A stretch of 64,000 nt of DNA from Anaeramoeba ignava BMAN (lineage: Eukaryota; Protista; Anaeramoebae), in assembly GCA_028826165.1 (NCBI GenBank), contig JAPDFW010000002.1, positions 41,056 to 105,055 of the forward strand, in the 5' to 3' direction. Of this stretch, positions 13,493 to 26,739 are shown one piece after another. Both the position numbers and the translations under genes were made by a program. The notes under the pieces are model-generated. The model was given only the letters and a program-made list of their open reading frames with translations. It had not been told where the DNA came from and searched no databases. Numbering within the stretch: the stretch's first letter is position 1; every line of letters begins with the position of its first letter.

Positions 13493-16400
13493 ATGTCACA
13501 AGTTGTTTTTCAATTATCAGAATTATTGGAAAAACAAAAAGATTTAGAAACAAATTATTTCAAAGAAAATGAAGCAATTCATAAGATATGGCAAGAATTT
13601 AAACCAGAATTTGAAGCAGTTAGTTTTCAAAATTATAAAAAAAAATAATTTTTTTTTCTTTTTTTTCCTTTTTTTCCTTTTTTTTTTTTTTTTTTGCTTT
13701 TTAATTTATAATCAAACAAAATAAAAATTTAAAACTTAGTTCGAAATTGTTCAACAAATGAAAAAATTTGCTCCTTTATTTATTGAAACTTATTTTGATT
13801 GGAGACCTATTGAAGAAAAAACTGGAATTTCTGATTTTGAATTATTACCTGATGATTTTAAATATCAACGTGAATTAAATCCAGAAGAAATTATTTCCGC
13901 TATTGAAAATCATTCAGCTCATCCTTTACAATTAATTAATTTTGTTATATCATATGATTGCTTTTCCTATTCTTTAATTTCTCGTAAATATTTGAAATTC
14001 AAAATTTAAAATCAAAATCAAAATCAAAATCAAAATCAAAATCAAAAACAAAAATCAAAATCAAAATCAAAATTTAAATCAAAAATCAAAATCCAAATCC
14101 AAATCCAAATCAAAATCAAAATCAAAATCAAAATCAAAATCCAAATCCAAATCCAAATTAAAATCCAAATCCAAATCCAAATCCAAATCAAAATCAAAAT
14201 TTAAATCCAAATCAAAATCAAAATCAAAATCAAAATCAAAATCAAAATCTAAATCTAAATCAAAATTAAAATTAAAATCAAAATCAAAATCAAAATCAAA
14301 ATCAAAATCAAAATGAAAATCAAAATCAAAATCAAAATCAAAATCAAAATCAAAATCCAAATCAAAACCAAAATCAAAATCAAAATCAAAATTTAAATCC
14401 AAATCCAAATCCAAATCAAAATCAAAATCAAAATTAAAATCAAAATCAAAATCCAAATTAAAATCAAAATCCAAATCCAAATTAAAATCCAAATCCAAAT
14501 CAAAACCAAAATTAAAATCTAAATCAAAATTAAAATCCAAATCCAAATTAAAATCAAAATCAAAATTAAAATCAAAATCAAAATCCAAATTAAAATCAAA
14601 ATCCAAATCCAAATTAAAATCCAAATCCAAATCAAAATCCAAATCAAAATCAAAATTTAAATCAAAATCAAAATCCAAATCAAAATCCAAATCCAAATTA
14701 AAATCAAAATCAAAATCAAAATCAAAATCCAAATCCAAATCCAAATCAAAATCAAAATTTAAATCCAAATCCAAATCAAAATCAAAATCAAAATCAAAAT
14801 CAAAATTAAAATCAAAATCAAAACAAAAATTAAAATTTAAATCAAAATTAAAATCAAAATTTAAATCAAAATTAAAATCAAAATCAAAATTAAAATCAAA
14901 ATCAAAATCCAAACAAAAATCAAAATCCAAATTAAAATCAAAATCAAAATCAAAATCAAAATCAAAATTAAAATCAAAATCAAAATCAAAATCAAAATTA
15001 AAATTAAAATTAAAATTAAAATCAAAATTAAAATTAAAATTCTAAATCAAAATTAAAATCCAAATTAAAATCAAAATCAAAATCAAAATCAAAATGAAAA
15101 TTAAAATCAAAATCAAAATGAAAATGAAAATCAAAATCAAAATTAAAATCAAAATCAAAATCAAAATCAAAATCAAAATCAAAATTAAAATTAAAATTAA
15201 AATTAAAATCAAAATTAAAATTAAAATTCTAAATCAAAATTAAAATCCAAATTAAAATCAAAATCAAAATCAAAATCAAAATCAAAATCCAAATCAAAAT
15301 CAAAATCAAAATCAAAATCAAAATCCAAATCCAAATTGAAAATCAAAATCAAAATCAAAATTAAAATCAAAATCAAAATCAAAATCAAAATTTAAATTTA
15401 AATTTAAATTAAAATCCAAATAAAAATCAAAATCAAAATGAAAATTAAAATCAAAATCAAATTCAAAAAAAAAAGATAAAGTGTCAAACTTTAAATTAGA
15501 TATTCTGAATGATATGAAAGAAAATGAAAATGAAAATGAAAATGAAAATGAAAATGAAAATGAAAAGGAAAAGGAAAATCAAAATGAAAATCAAAATGAA
15601 AATGAAAAGGAAAAGGAAAATCAAATTGAAAAGGAAAAGGAAAATGAAAATGAAAATCAAAATCAAAATCAAAATGAAAAGGAAATCAAAATTGAAATTG
15701 AAACAGATCCAAATTTATCCCAAGAATCAAATGAATCAATAAAAATGGAAAAAGAAAAAAAATTTCTCCAAAAAGCTATTCAAAAATATCCACAATTTAC
15801 TCTGAAAAAAACAAAAAATTCATTTGATATTTCAAAAGAAATTGATTTCAATTCACTTCGCTCTCTTCAAATGATATCAATTTTATCAAGATCAAAATAC
15901 AATAGATCTATTCTTCATTCATTCAATATTTTAGAAATATTGGTCTCTTATATAAAATTAATAACTCAAATAACCAATATAATTCAAATTCAAAGAGTAT
16001 TATTCTTTTCTTTCATTTAATTTCATTCTAAAAAAAAAAACAATCCTTATTAAAATCAATTTTTTCTTAAAGAAAAAAAAACCAGAACTTGCGGTTAATA
16101 ATCTTTTCATGGTTCAATTTATTCATACACAAATTTTGGATATTATTTCTAAATTTTTTAAAATGAATGAAGTTTTACCTCCTCGTGAATTCTTAGTTGA
16201 AGCAAAAAACCAAAAATTAATTGAATCATTATTAAGTAATTTGCTTTTATTTTCTTTTTTTATTTTGTTTTTTATTTGAATGATTGGAAATTAAATTATT
16301 TATTCTGTATTTAGATTGTTTTGAAGAAATGTTAAAACTCAAACAATCATTTCTTTTTACAAGAAAACAGTATGATCTATTATTAACTCATGTTGATATT

Positions 16401-19400
16401 TTGGAAAATTTGACAAATTTTGGGATTTATACAGAAGAAGATCAAGCAAATATTGTGAAATTACTAATTAATTTTTTTAAACAACCAAATTTATCACTTC
16501 CAAATCTTGGTATAAATCAAAATGAAAATGAAAATGAAAATCAAAATGAAAATCAAAATGAAAATCAAAATCAAAATGAAAATCAAAATCAAAATCAAAA
16601 TCAAAATCAAAATCAAAATCAAAATCAAAATCAAAATCAAAATCAAAATCAAAATCAAAATCAAAATCGAAATCAAAATCAAAATCAAAATCAAAATCAA
16701 AATCAAAATCAAAATCAAAATCAAAATCAAAATCAAAATGAAAATGAAAATCAAAATCAAAATCAAAATCAAAATCAAAATCAAAATCAAAATCAAAATC
16801 AAAATCAAAATCAAAATCAAAATGAAAATGAAAATGAAAAATCAAAAAAATGAAAATGAAAAAATGAAAAATCAAAAATGAAAAATGAAAATCAAAATGA
16901 AAATGAAAAATGAAAATCAAAATGAAAATCAAAATGAAAAATGAAAAATCAAAAAAAAAAATAAAAAAATCAAAATCAAAATGAAAATGAAAATGAAAAT
17001 CAAAATCAAAATCAAAATCAAAATCAAAATGAAAATGAAAATCAAAATCAAAATCAAAATCAAATGAAAATCAAAATCAAAATCAAAATCAAAATCAAAA
17101 TCAAAATCAAAATGAAAATCAAAATCAAAATCAAAATCAAAATGAAAATGAAAATCAAAATCAAAATGAAAATCAAAATGAAAATGAAAATCAAAATCAA
17201 AATCAATCAATTGTTATTTATGAAAAATCACTTTCTGATCTTTATAACACAAAATTCTTCAATTTTGAAATTGCTTCTCGAAAAACAATTAAATTAAATT
17301 CCACTTATTCGAATTTATCTCTTCAGGAAAACGGTTTGATTGATAAATTTACTTTAAATCACTTGGAATTTCAATTATTTGATATTAGTATGAATTTCCT
17401 CTTCAATTTGATCAAAGATTTGGGGATTGAGGAACTTATAGCTAATTGCAATATGATTCACAATATAAGAGAATTCACACTTTGGACTTTCATCAAATTA
17501 AACTCCTTTTTAACTTCGAAAAAAAAACAAAAAGAAACTGAAAATTCAATTCAAAACAATGATGATAATAATAATGATAATGATAATAACCAAAGTATAT
17601 TTTAATTACAGAAAATTGAATTTTTTCATTTATTAATAATTATTTTTTTGTTTTTTTGTATTTTTTTTTGTTTGTTTGATTTAAATTGATCCATTTTATT
17701 AGTTCAAACTCCAAAAGAAAATGACGATCCAAAAAACAAAATTTCTTTGGAAAACTTTGATTTCTCGAAATCACAAGAAATCTCTAGATTCATTAAAAAC
17801 ACATATTTTATTAACAAAGAACAACAAAACCGTTCTCAAAGAAAATATCCAAATGAACCCTATCTTGATCAACTATTCCAAAAATTCCGCTTATTTATAA
17901 ATACAGAATTCTCTCAAAAAATAAATCCTTTAAACAAATACATTCTCCAAAAATTAAAAAGTTTACGAATTGATGAAAAAAATACGGCAAATACCCAGAA
18001 GATATCAGAAAAACATAACGTCTCCTCGTTTCTTATTAGATTCTTTTACATTTTTGCTGAAATTTTTGTTGAATTTCAAAATGATCCTCCTTTAGTTACA
18101 AAAAGTCTTCACAAGCTCAAAAATGAATATCCTGCTCTTCAATTCTATATTTTACTTGAATTGGAAAAGGATTTCCAGCCTGATGACTGGAGATCCATTT
18201 ATCCTAAACAATTTTGGGAAGCTTTTCTTTCAGATTATTTTCTGTTCGATCCTCAAAAAATTACACAAAAAAACAACCCAAAACTCCTTTCATTCCGCAA
18301 ATCTTTATCAACATTACTGATGAAAATCTCTTCCTACTTGATTTTAAATAATCAAACCTCAGTTTATGATCTCAATACAATTGCAGAAAAGAATTCCAAT
18401 AATTTCAATATATTGTCGTTTTGGAGCAAAATCATGTCTTATATTTTCACTCAAAATTTAGTCAAAATCATCAACAAATTATCTAAAATGAATGGGTTTG
18501 AAACTTTCACAAATATTCTTTGTCATTTAGTTTCTTCATCTTCGGCCCAAGACACAAGATATCAAAAATTAATATCAAAAATTATGGGAATTTTCCATAT
18601 ATTCTTGTGTTATAAAAAAAATCATTTGCGTTTGTTCAATCATAAAACAACTTATGAAGTTTTATTATCTTGGATTTTACATCCACAAACACAAAAATTT
18701 TCCATTTATCATTTGTGTGAAATGTTGAAAAAAATCCCAGAAAATTATTATGAATTGAATATTTTACCTTTTATTAATGAAATTATTTCAGAAATCTTTT
18801 TACGCGAAAAATCAGTATTAGTAATTAAAAGATCTCAAATATTTGAAAATCAAAATGAAAATCAAAATGAAAATCAAAATGAAAATCAAAATGAAAATCA
18901 AATTCAAATTCAAAATGAAAATCAAAATGAAAATCAAAAAAATGATTTTTATGATGTGAAAGCAATTAAAATAATCCTGAATTTGTTCTCAACTGCAATT
19001 CAAAAAAATCGAAAACCTATTCAAAAAATATTTTTTGAAACAGAATTATTTATAAATCTATACAGTTTACTCGGTATCGAAAGAATAAAACAAAATTTAT
19101 TCATGGATATTCTAGGATTATTTTCTGATTTAATGTCCCAAAATCCAGAGAATGTGGAGAAATTTAAAAGAAATATTGGATTTGATGCTTTTTTAATTGC
19201 ACTTGAACAATTTCCAGAAAATGCTAATCCAAGAACAGTCTATCAAATTTTAATGAGAATGGTGATGAGAAAAGATCTTTCTACTGGAGATAACTATATC
19301 ATCGAAAATCCTGATTTTCTAAAACTAATTTTTTCTCTCATCTCAAAATCACCTGAACACGAAGTCATTTTTATTGAAATGATCGAAACATTCTACAAAA

Positions 19401-22400
19401 TATGCAAGCAATCCATTCAAAACACTCTTCAATGTTGTTATGGAGGAATAATCACTTTCTTGGTTGAACTTGCTCCCAAAATCAGAAATTTAAAAATTTT
19501 GGAAAAACTCATGTCGTTCATTTCTCTTTTGGGTTCGAATTGGATCACATCTTACGAACTCAAAATGATAATGAAATTGCTAGGAAAATCCCTGCAATAT
19601 TATAACAAAAAACTGGCTTATATTTATTCCAAAAATTTGGCTTATTTAATTTCTCAAAAACCAAATGGCGAATTGGATTTTTTTGATTTCTATTCAAAGA
19701 ATTCTTATATTCAACTCCCAGAAATGAAAAAGAAAGGATCAAGTGTTGGGCTCTCATTCTGTACTTGGATTAAATTTGATATCTTCTCACCTCGTTCTGA
19801 TACCAATCAAAAATACAAACCAAGAATTTTGGGTTTTGCAAATGATCAACTAGAAGGATTCGAATTGTATATCAACTTCAACCAAAATGAAAATTATTTA
19901 AATAAAAACCAAATCAAAAATAAAGCAAACATTGATATCATATTTACATTGAAAATATCTTTCAAAAACAAAAACCGTTACACTTATAATTTTATAGTGC
20001 CTGCCAATAACATTCAAGAAAATAAATGGAATTTTATTGCTCTAACTCAAAAATATGTGTGGTCAAGCGGAAAAAGAATATCCTTATTTATCAACGATAA
20101 ATTCAAGGAATCGATAGAAATCAAACTTCCAGAAATGCAAAAAAAATTATTCTCTCATATCATTATTGGCACACAAAATCCCCTTTTAACTAAAAAAACA
20201 GAAGTTATTAATGCTAAAAACAAAACATTTCGTGGTAAAATGGGCTCTATTTTTGTTTTCAAAAAGGCTCTATCAGAGAAACAAATTGCTTCAATTTATG
20301 TTCTTTATCCTTACTCTATTTCTGAGGAAATTAGACATAATCCTATTTCTCTTTCTGTTGATACCCTGTTTAAAAAATTGATGACAGAAAGCGTTTTTGT
20401 TTTGAAACCAAAAGATATTAATACCAAATTATCATTCAAAAAAAATCATCTTTTTGATCTGGAAAATGGACTTAAGTATAATGATATTTTTCCTTGTTGT
20501 TTATCACCAGCATCCACTCATCTATTATCTGTTGGAGGTTCTCATACTTTCATTTCTTTTTTTATTGAATTAAGTTATCATATGAACAAAATAAGAAATG
20601 AAATTGAAATTGAATTTGAAACTGAAACTGAAACAACGGAAACTGATAACCATGAAAATGATGAAAATGATGAAAATAATGAAAATAATGAAAATGATGA
20701 AAATAATGAGAATAATAATAACAATAACAATAACAATAACAATAATTCAATAGATTTACAAATTGAAATTGAAAATGAAATTGAAAATGAAAATCAAAAT
20801 GAAGATGAAAATCAAATTGAAAACCAAATTAAAAACCAAATTGAAAATCAAATGGAAATCGAAATGGAAATAGAAAAAGAAGATAACAAAGTTGATCCAA
20901 GCGTTTTTGAGAAATTATCCCAAATATTTGTGGTGGTTTTCCTCCAAAAAGAATTCCGCAAAGATATGAAAAAGAAACATGGATTCTCTCTTTTAAATAA
21001 CATATTCAGAAACACTTCATTTAAATTATTCGAAAATGAAATTTTTAATCTTGTTAAAACTTTACTTCTTCTAACCACAGATCGCAAAACTTTGGAAAGA
21101 CTTAAAATCGAATTTCTTCTTGATCTTAACATCTTTTATCATTTCAGCTTCAGGTTTCATAAAGCATTTATCCAAATTCTTTCAGAATACATTTATATAA
21201 ATCTTGAAAAAGAAGATTCAGAAACATCTCAACTCTCGTCTTCACAACCACCATCTATCAGTGCAGAAACACCAGAAATCGATAGAGAACCAATGACACC
21301 AAAAAAAGAGAAAAAGATTTCCAAAAAAAAGGTCAATACATCAATAAGAGAAATAATAAATGGGGGTGAGTTGATCAAAAAACAAAAGAAATCCTCTTTA
21401 TCGATTGAATTCTTTGATCTTTTGAATGTGTTATATTTTTACGATAATCTCCTGAATACTTTCATTTCTCCAAAAGAATCTGGAAATTCTAATAATGAAC
21501 AATCAAACAGGATTGAACTAAAAGCTGAGCAAATCCAAGAAATTGCAAATCAAATCCTAAAATTGATAGAAGATCAAATAATCAATGAAAAAGAGGAAAC
21601 AAGAAAAATTCAGTATTTCGAATCATTGATCTCGAGTTGCAATATTTTGAAAACCATATATTTCAAAGAAATTACCACAACCTCCATTTCAAATTTAGTT
21701 TTGCAAAATGCTCTTCTTAGAGATATTCTTTCGCAAATACCGAAAATTAGGGAGGTTGCTTTATATTTATTGGAAAAAACAAACAGTGTGATTGTCATGA
21801 ATAACATACTACAATTAATACTAATTCTTGAATCTCGTTATCCTCTACAAAACTCAGAATTATTCACTCAAGAAGAATCAACTAAATTCACAATGAACTA
21901 TTCTTTGATTATTAGCAACTTAATCTCAAGCAAAATTTTTGATAATAATACAACCAAATCAGTATATGAAATATTCCAAAATACATATTGCAAAAACCCA
22001 AAAGATATTCAAAGCATTTACTATTTGAATAGTCTTTGTGAAATGAGCGAAAAACAAAACGAAGAAATTTGTGTTGAAATATTTTCATCCTTTTTATCTT
22101 TATTGGATCCTAAAGAAAATGAATTGAATGCTGAAAACGCCAATATGATAAAAGAAAAACTTCTCAAAAATGAAAGTTGGCAGTTTTCTTTCTTGAGATT
22201 AATCTATCCCGAATTCATCTTAGAATTTTCCAAAATTGAAAATGAAAATGAAAATGAAAATGAAATTGAAAATGAAAATCAAAATGAAAATGAAAATGAA
22301 AATGAAAATGAAATTGAAAATCAAAATCAAAATCAAAATCAAATTGAAAATCAAAACCAAAATCAAAATCAAAATCAAAATCAAAATCAAAATCAAAATC

Positions 22401-25400
22401 AAATTGAAAATCAAAACCAAAATCAAAATGAAAATCAAAATCAAAATCAAAATCAAAACAAAAATGAAAAAAGTGAAAATTTTATAAATATTCGTTTAAG
22501 AATTATGAAAATTATTTTTGGAATTTTTCGACAAATTCATCTTTATTCTTTTGTGCAAAATCCAAAACTTTCATTCCAAAGAGAATTTGAAAGAATTTTA
22601 TTTTTTGTTGGTTTCTCATTCAAAAATAAGCCAGATCAAAGATTTATCCTTTTCAATTTATTATCAAATATTCTGGAAGATTTGACTTCTTGGATTGAAA
22701 ACTCGTTAATTGATCTAAACTCTGATTATTCTTTTTCCAAAAATTTAGTTTATCTCACAAATTTAATCTATTGTTTAGCTTTTGAGCAAAAATACAATTT
22801 TGATTTAGAACCTGATATTAATGATTTGAAGAAAGCAAAAAAAACAATTTCAACAAGTCTAAGCGTCTCAAAGATATCTCCTTATAATCGCAAAAAAGGT
22901 AGCTTGAAAATAATGAAACAATACAAAGATCGAGTATTTGAGTCTCAATATGACGAGATGCGCAACAAAGATAATGGAAATCCAATCAAAAGAGACACTC
23001 TATCCATTTTGGAGTTTAATACTGTGATCAGGTTACTAAAACTATTGAATCGTTTAGGAGTTTATTCGAACTTATTTATATTCAGAAACAAAGGAATAAC
23101 TCGAAGCTTTTATGAAATTATCTTGATTCTACTTGTAATTTATATAAAAAGATCAAACCCCGAAAACATGGAGTTGATCGCAGATTGCATAATCTCTCTC
23201 CATTCAAAAGTCTTTATCACAAATTCAGTACTATCTTCAAGTCTCTCTGATTTTAATTACATAACTTTTTGTTATCTGTTTAAGCATTACAGAAAACAAG
23301 AAACAACAAAAACAAATTATCTAACTAATTCAGGGAGATAATTGGGAAAGCATTAAACTCACGTCTACTCAAATCACAAGCGATGAAGATAAAGATGATG
23401 AGGATGATAATGATCAAAAACAAAACCAGACCAAAAATCTCACAAAATCACAAATAGTCGTTTCCGAGAGCAAAGATGTCATCATGGTAAAAACTATTTG
23501 GACAATGATGAATTTGCGATACGAATTCTTATCACGGATTTTGAATTTCAAAGGCAGAGAACAAATGTTCCCAAAATTCCAAGAAAAATCAAAACTATTC
23601 AAAATGATAATTCAAGAATTTCGACAAGTTATAAACGAAAAAAATTTCCGAAAAGCAACAAAGAACGCATTTTCCCAATACAATCAACAAATCAAAGCAA
23701 ATATCTTCCAAAGCACAAAAGATTTTTTGAGAAATCAAATCACTAATTCACATATCTTGAATAGTAATATGATCAAAAACATGGAATGGAACAAAAATAA
23801 AATCGAATTGGGAATCAAAATTATCGAAAAGCAATATGAAGAACCATTATTTAAAGATGAGAGAGAAAGATTGGAAAAAGAAAATTTCAATAAAAAACAA
23901 AGCTTAATAACATCTTTTCAGGATTTTAAACCAGTTATTGCTAAATCACTTTATGAACAATTAGAACCTTTATCCGTCTTGAAACAATACAAAAAACGTG
24001 GCAAAAAAAAAGAGAATGAAAATGAAATTGAAAATGAAAATGAAAATCAAATTGAAAATGAAAACAAAGAAGAAGAAAAAGAAGAATATCCTTCTTTCAT
24101 CTTCAAATTATCCACCAAAGAAGATATGATGAGACGAAGATTTATTCTTGATATTGAATGGTCTCAAGATATAAAACAAAACTTCTTCAAATCTCCCATT
24201 TCAGAAGATCCTAATTATATGTTTCTTGATCGAATTATCAGGAAAAGGATAATAAATTCAGAAGAAGATAAAAAATTCATTTTCAAACTCACAAAATTGC
24301 AATCCAATGAGAACTTATTTATGCCTTGTTTTTGGGTTTTCTTGGAAAATGAAAAACCACTATTGATTTTAATCCAAGAGAAATTCTTACTTTTCTTTCA
24401 ACCAAAATTCGAATTGAATCAAGATAAAGATAAATTAAATCAAATTTTAATTTTAATTCCCAAATTCAAATTAAGCCCAAATGAATTCTTTATTCTTCAT
24501 AATTTGTGGGAAATTTCAGACATTTCCAAAATTTTCACAAGAACATCACTTCACAAAAATAATTCACTTGAAATATTCTTCAGAAAATCGCATCCTCTTC
24601 TTCTTCGCTTTAATTCAGAAAATTCAAGAGATATTGTTTTAAATTTTTTACTGAGTCATAACCAACTGAGACTCAAAGAAAGATTTACTGATAAAATCAA
24701 TCTCAAGGAATGGAAATGGTTCAACAAATGGAGAAACAGAGAAATTAGTAACTTTGAATATTTGATGGAATTAAACACATTTGCTGGAAGAAGCTACAAT
24801 GATTTATCACAATACCCAGTGTTTCCGTGGATATTAACAGATTACACATCAGAAAAAATTGATTTATCAAATAAGGAAATATATCGTGATTTATCAAAAC
24901 CAATCGGAGCTTTAAATCCAGATTTACATCAAGCATATCAAAAAAATTATGAAACAGTCAAAAAGAAAAAGGAAATGAAACCATTTTTTTACGGAAAAAA
25001 TTACTCAAATCCAATGGTTGTGCTTTCTTTTCTCTACAGAATTGAACCCTTCACTTCTTTGTTTTTCAAAAAAGCAAGAAGAGTATCTAAATCAGTTTCT
25101 GTGAATTCTATTGCCAATACTTGGCAAAGTTGCTTTTCAAATCAAAATGATGTTCGAGAATTAACTCCCGAATTTTTTTATTTTCCCGAATTCCTTGAAA
25201 ATACGAATAGAATAACATCTTCATATCCCGAAAGAAACGGATCAAAAATCCCAGATGTTGAATTACCAAAATGGGCGAGAAATTCTCAAGATTTCATTCG
25301 TATTCATCGGGAAGCACTTGAATCTGAATATGTATCTGAACATCTTCATGAATGGATAGATTTGATATTCGGATATAAACAAAAAGGATCCGAAGCTAAA

Positions 25401-26606
25401 AAGGCCATGAATGTTTTTTATCCTTTAACATATGACAATCCTCATAATTTTTCAAAGCTTGACAAGCAACAGATCGAAATTACAGAATTGCAAATGCAAG
25501 TTCTTGGACAAATACCAAAACAACTATTCAAAAAACCTCATCCACAAAGATTGCCAATCGATAAAGCAGCAAATCCACTTTTGTGTATCCAATTAAAATA
25601 TTATCCGTGTGATTTAGATTTTCACACAACAACCATCGGCGAAACTTCAATCTTATTTGCGAAAGGTGTGGAGTTTGTTGAAAGTTTAGTTTTTTTGAAT
25701 AACTCAAGAAAGGTTTTCACATTCAGTTCAGAGCACGAAATGGGCGTTCATCAATTACTCGCTTTCAACTTAGTTTCTGATGAAAAAGTAAACAAACCAA
25801 CAAACAAAGTTGAGCTTTCAACAATTTATAAATTATCAGTAGATGCAAATTTTGGAATTGATACCACAAAATATTCACAATGTTTTGAAGTGCATGATTC
25901 AGCAAAATTTGCTTTTTGTTGCGGATTTTCAGATTCAACATTCATAATCATCAACATTGAAAATTCTCAAATTATTCAAAGTATTTGCGCAAATAAAGGA
26001 GTAGTCACTTGCATATCTTACATGAAAGGATATCTTGTCACAGGTTCGCAAGACGGATCTGTTTCTGTCTGGGAATCAAGAGATCCTGAGCATTTTAAAG
26101 ATGTTCCTCTTCGCGTTTTTCTTGAACATGAAGATGAAGTTACAAGTGTTGATTTAAATGTGGATTTGGATATTGTTGTCAGTGGTTCAAATAACGGAAA
26201 TATAATTGCTCATAGTTTATTCAAAGGAAAGCATCTATTTACTTTCCATGAAAAAGATAACTCTCCAATTTCTCTTTTGAAAATTTCAAGAAATGGTTAT
26301 ATTGTTGTTACTTATCAATCAAGTATGAAATTTTCTTTATTTACTATAAATGGAAGACTTATTCGTAGAATTCATTCTTTTCAGCCAATTTATTCCTTTT
26401 GTATCATGGATAATGCTCAGTTTATGTTTCTTGGTGGAAAAGGTTTTATCGAAATTAGAGAGGTTGAAAATTTAAGGTTGATTTCAAAAATTAATATTCA
26501 ACAACAAATTTTTTCTCTTTCTCTTCTTTTTGACCAAAAATATTTAATTGCTGGTTCTGCTAATGGAAGTTTATTTATTGGTCAAATTTTATATTCTCAT
26601 AATTGA
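13493..26606 (+). CDS. Giant BEACH-domain protein (ARM-like N-terminus, ConA-like domain, PH-BEACH, WD40); LYST/Lvs/neurobeachin superfamily
   Basis: BEACH motifs 'WRNREISNFEYLMELNTFAGRSYNDLSQYPVFPWIL', 'DVRELTPEFFYFPEFL', 'HREALESEYVSEHLHEWIDLIFGYKQKG', then WD40 'LVTGSQDGSVSVW'. ConA-like region ~19740-20310. In-frame GT-AG introns at 13619-13739, 13984-15475, 15997-16072, 16236-16314 and 17595-17702. Frameshifts in the NQ repeat (~16840-17200) and at ~23335. Confidence 0.88.
13984..15475 (+). repeat. 1492-nt intron filled with (AAAATC/AAATCC/AAAATT)n hexamers with higher-order duplications
   Basis: GTAAAT..AAAAG boundaries, phase 1, give C+AT (His) and rejoin the frame of ORF 15481. The block ending 'ctaaatcaaaattaaaatccaaatt' occurs at both ~15040 and ~15228. 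Confidence 0.85.
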
Positions 26607-26702
26607 ATTCAAAATTATTTTGTAACAAACAAAAAAGAAATTTCTTAATTTTTTGTTTTTATTTTTTCATTTTGATTTGATTCAAAATAAAAATTTTTAT
26701 TT

Positions 26703-26735
26703 TCATTTTTTTCATTTTTTCATTTTTTTCATTTT
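26703..26735 (+). promoter_or_regulatory. Four TCATTT Inr-like motifs upstream of NUP93
   Basis: TCATTT at 26703, 26712, 26720 and 26729; ATG at 26740. Confidence 0.5.
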
Positions 26736-26739
26736 AAAA

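Noticed and set aside
5515-17297. Long ORFs of (YI)n, (LY)n, (DF)n, (IL)n, (KI)n, (YK)n in the ORF track (also at 30897-31465, 43713-44430 and 48209-48580)
   Set aside because: Stop-free alternative or antisense frames of hexamer/trimer repeats lying in introns or inside real exons.
16510-17326. Extra intron removing the frameshifted NQ tract in the BEACH gene
   Set aside because: The GTATAA donor is phase 1 but the first available AG (17326) needs phase 0, and 17205-17326 reads as ordinary protein; indels in the repeat are simpler.
26653-26739. TTG start and hydrophobic leader for NUP93 given by the ORF track
   Set aside because: This is the T-rich promoter/UTR; the ATG at 26740 matches the family N-terminus.
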